From contig JAHLLM010000004.1 in the NCBI GenBank assembly GCA_020444175.1, positions 13,399 to 77,398 on the forward strand: a stretch of DNA of 64,000 nt, read 5' to 3'. The DNA comes from Desulfobulbaceae bacterium. GTDB lineage: Bacteria > Desulfobacterota > Desulfobulbia > Desulfobulbales > SURF-16. This document shows, piece after piece, positions 25,332-32,667 of this stretch. The notes under the pieces are model-generated. The model saw nothing but the letters and a program-made list of their open reading frames with translations, was not told the DNA's origin and did not search any database. Position 1 is the first letter of the stretch, and each line of letters starts with the position of its first letter. The position numbers were made by a program, and so were the translations under genes.

Positions 25332-25516
25332 TTTGTCAGGGGGTGCGACAATTTTGCATTTTTCTTTTAATAACAAATTGTTAACGGGTTATTGGGCCGG
25401 GTGTAATGTTGGGTTTTTCCAAAAAATCGGAAAAAGTCCGGTATTTTGGAAAAATAGGCGACTGAAATTTATTTGGTTTAAAAGGAGGGTGATGAGTTCA
25501 GGCAGATTTGCTCTTT

Positions 25517-27802
25517 TTAAGATAAATAGCCGGCAAGTTTTTCTTTTAATTCCATGAACCATTCATCGTAAGGGGCAATTTCTTTATTTCTGGAGGCACT
25601 AACAAGCTTCTGGGAGATTTTAGCGGCATCATCAAGACCAAGATTCAGTAATGTTCCATGCAGTGAGTGGGTGACCGTAAAAATCTGCTCAGAATCTCCT
25701 TTGGATATTGCCTCTTCAAGTTTAAGAAGATGCTGGTCAATTGTCTGTTTTGAGGTTTCCAGCAGTTGTAAAAGCTTTTCCTCGGTAAAAGGAAATTTTT
25801 CTCGCAGCATGCTCAGCACTTTTTCTTCAGAGTCATTTTGCTTTGTTTGGCTTTTCCGGCTTACAAGGGAGTCTGGTTGCGTTTGTGGGTGGACAGAGGT
25901 GGCTCCTAAATTAATGATGTTTTTTAATGTGCGGGATACGGACTCAGGGGCAAATGGTTTTGTCAGATAATCATCCATGCCCGAATTCAGGCATTCATCT
26001 CTGTCCCCGCTGATGGCATGGGCTGTTAAGGCGATGATTGGCGTATGTTTTCCTCTGAGCCGCTCCGTAAGTTTATCGGCAAGTTCAAGAGGGAAAGTCT
26101 CAGTTACTTTATTTCCTTTTTCTAGAGCGCGAATAATTCTTGTCGCTGTGTAACCATCCATTTCAGGCATCTGGATATCCATCAATATGGCGTCAAAGGA
26201 GTATGCGACGAGTTTTTTGAGGGCATCAAGTCCGTTTTGCGCTTCTATAACGATATGTCCGTCACGGGTTAAAATCATTCGCGCCAGTTTTCTATTGATC
26301 AGCACATCTTCAACAAGGAGAATCCTTAAGGATGGAAGATGAAAATCTTCTTTGTTTTTAGCGTGTTCCGGAAAATCGATTTCTGTTAAGTCTGATTTCT
26401 GAAAGACAGCGGAAAAGACAAATGTGCTCCCTTTGCCTGGGACACTTTCTGCGTGGATATCGCCATCCATGAGCTGGCATAATTTTCGGCAAATGGCGAG
26501 GCCAAGGCCTGTTCCGCCATATTTTCTCGTAGTGCTGCTGTCTTCCTGCTCGAAGCTGTCGAAAATATGGTTTATTTTCTCGGGTGAAATTCCTGTTCCG
26601 TTATCTTGAACAGTGAATTGGAGTTCGAACTGGTCCTCTTTTTCCTGCATTTTTTTTACATGAATCGTTATTTCTCCATGGTCGCTGAATTTGACGGCAT
26701 TGCTTAAAAGGTTAAGAATAATCTGCAGGAGCCGAAGACTGTCGCCCCGTGCTGCTTCGGGAACATCAGCATCTATGTGGCTTGAGATTGTAAGATTCTT
26801 TTCTTCGGCAAGGAGGCTGACCGTGCGAATGGCATGATCAACTGTTTTGTGGAGATTAAAAGGTCTCTTTTCGAGTTTGAGCTTGTCGGCTTCAATCTTT
26901 GAAAAATCAAGGATGTCGTTTATGAGCTGTAACAGGTTCTGGGACGACATGGCGATTGTCTCCAGGTAATAGCGCATCTGCGGAGACGTCTGTTCGTCAA
27001 GAGCCAGTCTGCAGGCCCCCATGATGCCATTCATGGGGGTTCGTATTTCGTGGCTCATGTTGGCCAGGAAAGCGCTTTTGGATCTGTTTGCCCGCCTGGC
27101 TTCATCCCTTGACTGGACAATCTGGGCCAGCAGGGGGTTGATGATTTTCAGAAGGACAAAAATTCCAGTTATGAGCATCAAGACAGCAACACCCCAGACA
27201 AGAAAGCTTGTCTGGATATAGGCTGATTGGAGGTCCGTGATGGCGATTTTGGCGACAAGTCCCCAGTTGCTATGGGCGATCGGGGTGTAACCGACAATAA
27301 CCGGCACTCCCAGGTGGTCAATAAGCTGTCTGGTGCCGGTTTCCCCTGAGAGTGATTTGCCGATAGGTTTATGCTGCAGATCTTTCAGGGGAGTGGGGAG
27401 CATGTTTTTCCCCGTGGAATTCAGAAAGTAGACGGTGCCGTTTTCTACGCGGGCAAGAATAAACTGCAGAGAGCTTTTGGTTTTCCCCATGTCCCCAGGG
27501 GGTGAGTTGTTAGGTTTGTCACCTGAGACAGGAGCTGCAATGGACTGCTGGAAGAGAGCTAATGTGAAGTCAAGGGCTTCACTGTCATTTATATTTTGAC
27601 TCTGTGGATGACTGGTTGTTTGGGCTGAATTTATAACGGCTTCCAGTAGACGGGCCTGGCTGAGAACCATATCCAACAGGCGGTTCTTTTGTTCGTTGAC
27701 CGAAGTCTTGTAGAGGAAAGCGATGCTGCCAATACTGATAAAAAAAGTAAGGAAACAGAGTGTTGCTGAAAAGATAAAGATGATTTTACGTCGTTCGTTC
27801 AT
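25517..27802 (-). CDS. Hybrid sensor histidine kinase / response regulator with C-terminal Hpt domain
   Basis: The track ORF is 781 aa from a TTG. I prefer the internal ATG (MNERRK..., track-frame coordinate about 27802). Architecture: TM, periplasmic domain, TM; HisKA SHEIRTPMNGI; HATPase GTGLGLAI; REC ILLVEDVLINRKL...DAILMDIQMPEMDG; Hpt HSLHGTLLNLG. Confidence 0.85.
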   Translation of the reverse strand: MNERRKIIFIFSATLCFLTFFISIGSIAFLYKTSVNEQKNRLLDMVLSQARLLEAVINSAQTTSHPQSQNINDSEALDFTLALFQQSIAAPVSGDKPNNSPPGDMGKTKSSLQFILARVENGTVYFLNSTGKNMLPTPLKDLQHKPIGKSLSGETGTRQLIDHLGVPVIVGYTPIAHSNWGLVAKIAITDLQSAYIQTSFLVWGVAVLMLITGIFVLLKIINPLLAQIVQSRDEARRANRSKSAFLANMSHEIRTPMNGIMGACRLALDEQTSPQMRYYLETIAMSSQNLLQLINDILDFSKIEADKLKLEKRPFNLHKTVDHAIRTVSLLAEEKNLTISSHIDADVPEAARGDSLRLLQIILNLLSNAVKFSDHGEITIHVKKMQEKEDQFELQFTVQDNGTGISPEKINHIFDSFEQEDSSTTRKYGGTGLGLAICRKLCQLMDGDIHAESVPGKGSTFVFSAVFQKSDLTEIDFPEHAKNKEDFHLPSLRILLVEDVLINRKLARMILTRDGHIVIEAQNGLDALKKLVAYSFDAILMDIQMPEMDGYTATRIIRALEKGNKVTETFPLELADKLTERLRGKHTPIIALTAHAISGDRDECLNSGMDDYLTKPFAPESVSRTLKNIINLGATSVHPQTQPDSLVSRKSQTKQNDSEEKVLSMLREKFPFTEEKLLQLLETSKQTIDQHLLKLEEAISKGDSEQIFTVTHSLHGTLLNLGLDDAAKISQKLVSASRNKEIAPYDEWFMELKEKLAGYLS

Positions 27803-27970
27803 TGCCGGCACTTCATATTTTGTCGGACACGGATACAAAAGTAAATTTGTATGAGGATACAACGAAAGAATAGAGCTATCAAGCTATTGTCTGGTATGGT
27901 GCTGTTTTATTCTAATAAGGGGCAGGAGGCTGAAGTCTTTCCTGATCTCTGGAATAGAGGGGAGGGGCAT

Positions 27971-28006
27971 AAAAAAAGGAAAGCTTTTTGAGCTTTCCTT
28001 TTTTTT
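27971..28006 (-). terminator. Rho-independent (bidirectional-looking) terminator after the PEP-CTERM gene 28033..28587
   Basis: Stem GGAAAGCT / AGCTTTCC with a 5-nt loop. It is flanked by an A-run and a T-run, so a U-tract follows the hairpin on either strand. Confidence 0.7.
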
Positions 28007-28032
28007 GAAGAGAATTTTGGGCAAGAAGAAAT

Positions 28033-28587
28033 TTAGGATTTTTTGCTTTTCCTTCTTGAAATTCCAGCCAAACCGGCAATGCCTGTTCCGAAAAGAAGCA
28101 TGGTGGCGGGTTCAGGGACAGGAGAGGTGTCAAATTCTCCGACATGACTCAGTTTGCCAATATTTTTAATTTCTAGGACGTCAGCACCAATTTGGTCAAG
28201 GAGGTCAATGACCCCCCAGTTCAACCCGGCAAGGTTCTCATACAAAAAGGTGTCAAATTCAGAAACCTTTAAGTTGCCGGTTTTGATGAGAAAATATGCC
28301 GGTTCAGATGAGAGAGAATGGGCATAAACGCTGTTGTCATCAGCAAGCTGTATCCATCCGGTGCCATCATCTGTGTCATATTTGAGGTAGTCGTCAACCG
28401 TATAGTTGGTATCGAGTACGGTGTTGATCCAGTTAATTTCATTCTCATCACCTGAGTTGCCCAGTTCGGTGCCGGCTAGGAGGTTGTCGATTGCTCCGAC
28501 ATCGCTCATAGTGAGAGCCTGAGCCAAGCCGGCTGTGCCAAGTACAATCACCCCAAAGGCTAGACAAGATACAATTTTCTTTTTCAT
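28033..28587 (-). CDS. PEP-CTERM sorting-domain protein
   Basis: 184 aa with a signal peptide. C-terminus PVPEPATMLLFGTGIAGLAGISRRKSKKS. Confidence 0.85.
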   Translation of the reverse strand: MKKKIVSCLAFGVIVLGTAGLAQALTMSDVGAIDNLLAGTELGNSGDENEINWINTVLDTNYTVDDYLKYDTDDGTGWIQLADDNSVYAHSLSSEPAYFLIKTGNLKVSEFDTFLYENLAGLNWGVIDLLDQIGADVLEIKNIGKLSHVGEFDTSPVPEPATMLLFGTGIAGLAGISRRKSKKS

Positions 28588-28703
28588 ATATTACCCTTCC
28601 CGCTGGACTCTATTTGTTGCAGTTGCATGTGTCACTTTTAATTGATATTTGTCTTCACTCTTCTTCAAGGCGTTTTTGTTAAATCTTATTTGATATGAAA
28701 CCT

Positions 28704-28719
28704 TGCAAACATGGTGCCG
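28704..28719 (-). promoter_or_regulatory. Sigma-54 (-24/-12) promoter for the PEP-CTERM gene 28033..28587
   Basis: Minus strand reads CGGCACCATGTTTGCA vs consensus TGGCACG-N4-TTGCA. GGCAC and TTGCA are perfect with correct spacing. About 105-115 nt upstream of ATG 28587. Confidence 0.65.
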
Positions 28720-28811
28720 TTTTTTACGGGTGAATATTTTTTGTTTATATATCTAACTTTTTTAGTTAGATATGGCTTAATGAAAGATAATTAATCCTGG
28801 GGGGAAAAATT

Positions 28812-28863
28812 TTTTTCAGAAAAAGAAATCAGTTTTCCGGAAAAAAGTACATTTTTCCGGAAA
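28812..28863. promoter_or_regulatory. Three helically phased TTTC(C)/(G)GAAA palindromes (candidate enhancer for a sigma-54 activator)
   Basis: TTTTTCAGAAAAA (28812-28824), TTTTCCGGAAAA (28833-28844) and TTTCCGGAAA (28854-28863). Centres are about 20 bp apart, 93-144 bp upstream of the sigma-54 promoter. They are also only 25-75 bp upstream of the TauE-like gene on the other strand. Confidence 0.45.
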
Positions 28864-28887
28864 TTTTACAGAGGATTTACATAAAAT

Positions 28888-29628
28888 TTGTTTGAAATAT
28901 TTTCTGGCGGTCAAATCTATCTCATCCCCCTCATATTCCTTGCCGCAGGATTTACCCAGGGTGTATCCGGCTTCGGTTCGGCGCTGGTTGCCATGCCTCT
29001 TCTGCTTTTCTTCATGGATGCCCATACCGCCGTGCCTCTCTGCATGCTGAACGGCTTGATCATAACATCGTTTCTTTCCCTGCAGCTCCGCAGGCATGTT
29101 GACTGGCAAAAGATCACCCCTCTTCTTTTCGGTTGTATGCCGGGTATTTATGTGGGAGCGCGGTTTTTAAAGGAGGCGGACAGCAATCTGATAAAACTTC
29201 TTCTGGGTGTGATGCTGGTCGGCTATTCGCTGTACAGTTTGTTTTTGAAACCCCGCACCAGAAAAATAAGGGCGCTTTGGCCTTACGCCGCAGGCTTTGG
29301 AACGGGAGTAATCGGCAGCGCTTTCAGCGCTGGGGGGCCGCCGACCATAATTTATGTCACCCTGACCAGCTGGGAAAAGGATGATATCAAGGCCACCCTG
29401 TCTGTCTTTTTTTTCATCACAGGCATATTCATGGCCTCGGCCCATGCCGTCACCGGCCTCACGACAAGGACGGTGCTGGGGTATTTTTCATTATCAGCTC
29501 TCTTTGTTCTTCTCGGTGTCTGGCTGGGATCGATTTTTTACGGGAGGATCAGGAGGGAGACCTATCTTCGCGTTATTTTATCACTGCTTGTGGTTATGGG
29601 GGTGGTGATGATAGGGACTTCGTTTTGA
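28888..29628 (+). CDS. TauE/SafE (TSUP) family sulfite/anion exporter-like membrane protein
   Basis: 246 aa with about 8 TM helices. GFTQGVSGFGSALVAMPLL near the N-terminus and GFGTGVIGSAFSAGGPP in the internal repeat are typical of TSUP. TTG start in the track. Confidence 0.7.
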   Translation: MFEIFSGGQIYLIPLIFLAAGFTQGVSGFGSALVAMPLLLFFMDAHTAVPLCMLNGLIITSFLSLQLRRHVDWQKITPLLFGCMPGIYVGARFLKEADSNLIKLLLGVMLVGYSLYSLFLKPRTRKIRALWPYAAGFGTGVIGSAFSAGGPPTIIYVTLTSWEKDDIKATLSVFFFITGIFMASAHAVTGLTTRTVLGYFSLSALFVLLGVWLGSIFYGRIRRETYLRVILSLLVVMGVVMIGTSF

Positions 29629-29629
29629 A

Positions 29630-29737
29630 GTGACTAAAGTGACTAAAGTGACTAAAGTGACTGGAGTGACTGGAGTGACTGGAGTGACTGGAGTGACTGG
29701 AGTGACTGAAGTGACTGAAGTGACTGAAGTTGACTCG
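29630..29737. repeat. 9-bp tandem repeat array (GTGACTNNA x 11 plus one degenerate unit)
   Basis: GTGACTAAA x3, GTGACTGGA x5, GTGACTGAA x3, then GTTGACTCG. The array starts one base after the TauE-like gene's TGA stop codon (29626-29628). Inverted copies (TTTAGTCAC ...) lie at 29820-29854. Confidence 0.9.
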
Positions 29738-29859
29738 TTTTCCGAAAATCTGGAATTTTTTCGACAAAGAGGAGTGACTGCAATAGGCGCAGATGGTTAT
29801 GTCGTGAAAATACCCCAACTTTAGTCACTTTAGTTCACTTTAAACTTTAGTCACTCTCT

Positions 29860-30744
29860 TTACCTCTGCACTACCTTATATCCTTTCTTGCGCAGTAGAT
29901 CGACAACGCTCCCCGGTCCCACCAGGTGACCGGTGCCGACGATGGCAAGGGTGAGGTCGTTGCTTTTCAGTTTTTTTTCAAGTATGGGAATCCAGTTCCT
30001 GTTGCGCTGCAGGACAAGACGTTCATACTGTTCCGGGTAACCGGTAAAGCTTCTGGCAATAAGTCCGTGGAGTTTCTTGTCGTCCCCGGTTTTCCAGGCC
30101 TTTTCCAGCTCATCGGCCAGATCATCGGTCAGGGTCAAATCGGTCAAAGTCTGGTTTAGGAAGTCTTCCTGTTCCTTGTTGGACTGACTGAAGAACAGGC
30201 TGAGCTGAAATTCAACGGATTCAAGCGGGATAATGGTTTTTTTATCTTTGCGGGCCATTGCATAAAAATATTCATCCAGGCCGTATTCCGGCAGAAAACC
30301 AAGTTTTTCAAATTCCAGAACTGTCAGAGTCAGGGCGCAGAACCAGGGTTTCATCTGCATGAAGTGGGCAAGGGGGAGTTGTAAGTCCGCTACTTTGGCC
30401 TTTAAACGTTCCAGGGTGGCAGGGGAAAGCTGTTGCGCCAGAGTGCGTCCTGTTGGCAGGCGGCCGTATGAAAGTATCTTCTGCTGCATGGCCGGGGTGT
30501 CCATCTCGTCAAGATCGGTCTCAAAGATCAGGGTGTCGCTGGCCTGATAAACCTTTTCGATAAAGGGGTCAAGGGGATATGAGTTTTTTTTCAGAACATG
30601 GAGGGAGCCGAGAAGATAGAGGGTGTGCTCTCCTGAACGGACCTGCCAGAGAGTGTTTTTAGCCTGGCAGTTTACTGTCGAGAATAAAAGGCAGAACAGG
30701 GAAAAAAAGAAAATCAAAGAATGGCTGCGCCTGGTTTGTATCAT
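29860..30744 (-). CDS. TraB/GumN family protein (secreted)
   Basis: 294 aa with a signal peptide. LWQVRSGEHTLYLLGSLHVL and IVGTGHLVG are typical of the GumN/TraB family. Confidence 0.7.
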   Translation of the reverse strand: MIQTRRSHSLIFFFSLFCLLFSTVNCQAKNTLWQVRSGEHTLYLLGSLHVLKKNSYPLDPFIEKVYQASDTLIFETDLDEMDTPAMQQKILSYGRLPTGRTLAQQLSPATLERLKAKVADLQLPLAHFMQMKPWFCALTLTVLEFEKLGFLPEYGLDEYFYAMARKDKKTIIPLESVEFQLSLFFSQSNKEQEDFLNQTLTDLTLTDDLADELEKAWKTGDDKKLHGLIARSFTGYPEQYERLVLQRNRNWIPILEKKLKSNDLTLAIVGTGHLVGPGSVVDLLRKKGYKVVQR

Positions 30745-31694
30745 GTGTTTTCTCTCCTCAGTCTTTCCTGGCTGAAAATATCCTGGGTAAGCTGCTGGTA
30801 GCGCTCCACTGTTTTTGTTTTCTGAATTTTCTTCAGAAGCTTCTTTCCGTCGTGGAAGGCTCCTGAAAGATATTTCCAGATGCCCTTCATGCGACCGAGT
30901 ATGTGTGATGGGCCCTCAAGAAGTTCCCTGTATTTTTCAAAAAGCTCATCATGAAAGGAAGCAATGGTTTGCCTCAAGTCTCCTTTCATGGGCATGTTTT
31001 TGATCTCTGCAGGGAGAAAGGGGTCGGACAGAGCGCCTCTGCCTATCATCCAGCCTTTAACCTTTGGAAAACGATCAGCAAGTTCACGGAAACGGTTTTG
31101 GTCTGTTATATCACCATTATAGACCACAGGATGCCTGCAGAGTTCCAGACACTGGGAAAAGGTGTCCAGGTCAACCGTGCCTTCATACATCTGTAATCCG
31201 GTGCGGGGGTGAATAATAACCTCTGAAAGGGGAAATTTGTTGAAAATAGGGAGCAGGTCAAAGATTTCTTTGGTTTCCTTGCGGCCAAGCCTCGTTTTTA
31301 TGGAGATGGAAACAGGCAAACAATGAATTTTTTCAAGGAAAGACTCAATTTTTTCGGGATACGGCAGCAGACCGGAACCACGCATTTTATTGGCAACCAT
31401 TGGGTAAGGGCAGCCAAGGTTCCAGTTGAGTGTTGTATAACCCAGGTCTGCCAGGATTTTCCCAATGACAATAAAATGATCAGGGTTTTTAGCCAGTATC
31501 TGCGGAATAACGGGGAGATGCATATTGTTTTCGGGGAGCAGCTCCGCGATGCGCGCCGGTTTTACCCTGTTGCCCTGGTAGGTAGTGAGAAAGGGGGCCA
31601 CTGCCAGATCAAAACCCGGGAAGTGACGGGCAAAGGCATCCCTGTAAATGGCGTCAGTGATTCCCCGAATTGGTGCCAGGCTGAGGATGGTCAT
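30741..31694 (-). CDS. tRNA-dihydrouridine synthase family protein
   Basis: 317 aa Dus-like TIM barrel: LAPIRGITDAIYRDAF, NWNLGCP, HPRTG. Overlaps both neighbours by 4 nt. Confidence 0.7.
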   Translation of the reverse strand: MTILSLAPIRGITDAIYRDAFARHFPGFDLAVAPFLTTYQGNRVKPARIAELLPENNMHLPVIPQILAKNPDHFIVIGKILADLGYTTLNWNLGCPYPMVANKMRGSGLLPYPEKIESFLEKIHCLPVSISIKTRLGRKETKEIFDLLPIFNKFPLSEVIIHPRTGLQMYEGTVDLDTFSQCLELCRHPVVYNGDITDQNRFRELADRFPKVKGWMIGRGALSDPFLPAEIKNMPMKGDLRQTIASFHDELFEKYRELLEGPSHILGRMKGIWKYLSGAFHDGKKLLKKIQKTKTVERYQQLTQDIFSQERLRRENT

Positions 31695-32437
31695 AACGTT
31701 GTCTTATGCAGCGAGGCCTGTCTGTCGTATTCTTTGATGATATCGTCGGTTATATTAAAGCTCGTCTCATTGTAAAAGATTGATCCGGAATTTTTGTTTA
31801 AAACGTGGGTAAAACCATTTTCCCTGGCATATGTCTCAACAATGGTCTGGATTTCCACAATGATTTTGCTGATAATTTCTTCTTCTGCGCGATCAATATT
31901 ATCCTGTTTGCCTGTGCGGCGGAGCTCTTCATAGCGGTTTCTTGCCGCTTTGCCTCTTTGTGACTGGTTAATCACTTTCTGGATATCAATGACGCCGATG
32001 TTAACGGCTGCCTCGGGAATATCGTGTCTTTTTCTTTGAAGAGTCACGTCGGCAGAGAGGGGAGCTGCGGTCTGGGCAGGATCTCCTGTATTCGATGATA
32101 TGATCTTTTTCTTTCCCTGTTCCTGGATAATTTTTCTGGATGATGCCGGTGACAGTCTGTTGCAGGGTTTGTTTTTTATCAGCGAGAAATGAACCCAGCC
32201 GGATTGTTGAAGATCAATGGCCTCCACCTTCATCCATTTTCCCTTGCGTAGTATTGTCTGGACGTTTGTGCCCTTCAGTAATGGGAGTATGATCTTGTAG
32301 TTTGTTCCCGGCCCGGTTCGCAAATTTGCGTCCTGGCTGATAGAGCCGTTGCCGTCAGGACAGTTCTGGTAGGCAAAAGCTGCTGTGGTGGAAAATGTGA
32401 AAAACAGAAGAAGTAAGATGTGCTTGCAAAATTTCAA
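31691..32437 (-). CDS. Secreted SH3 domain + OmpH/Skp-like chaperone fusion protein
   Basis: 248 aa with a signal peptide. Bacterial SH3-like segment ANLRTGPGTNYKIILPLLKGTNVQTILRKGKWMKVEA. C-terminal OmpH-like coiled segment IGVIDIQKVINQSQRGKAARNRYEEL. Confidence 0.6.
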   Translation of the reverse strand: MKFCKHILLLLFFTFSTTAAFAYQNCPDGNGSISQDANLRTGPGTNYKIILPLLKGTNVQTILRKGKWMKVEAIDLQQSGWVHFSLIKNKPCNRLSPASSRKIIQEQGKKKIISSNTGDPAQTAAPLSADVTLQRKRHDIPEAAVNIGVIDIQKVINQSQRGKAARNRYEELRRTGKQDNIDRAEEEIISKIIVEIQTIVETYARENGFTHVLNKNSGSIFYNETSFNITDDIIKEYDRQASLHKTTL

Positions 32438-32667
32438 CGTAGGATCCCTCGTTTTGTATCTGAAAGTGCGGAATGAGGCTTTATTCTCAATAAATGCGAT
32501 CAGTACCGCATTTCCACACTTTCATATTTTGACGGTTTCGCAAAAAAACCGCTCAACCGCCGCCGACACGTATGTAACTTGTTGATATTGCTTTGGCGGA
32601 TGGTCAGCTTCAGAGCTTTTTGCGATATTGTCATCTTTTGAAGTGGTCATAACATGGTAATGTGCGA

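Noticed and set aside
29630-29737. Possible CRISPR array.
   Set aside because: The units are 9 bp and directly contiguous, with no spacers. There is no leader and no cas genes. It is a simple tandem repeat.
29594-29824. Track ORFs 29630..29824(+) and 29594..29818(-), encoding VTKVTKVTGVTG... and SHFSHFSHSSHS... repeat peptides.
   Set aside because: Both are artefacts of the 9-bp (frame-preserving) tandem array. They have no RBS and sit between two convergent gene ends. Their composition is pure repeat.
32462-32523. Inverted repeat GAAAGTGCGGAATG ... CATTTCCACACTTTC downstream of asnS, considered as a possible terminator.
   Set aside because: The loop is about 30 nt, the arms are imperfect, and no U-tract follows on the transcribed (minus) strand. 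It is not convincing as an intrinsic terminator, and I have no evidence for another role.
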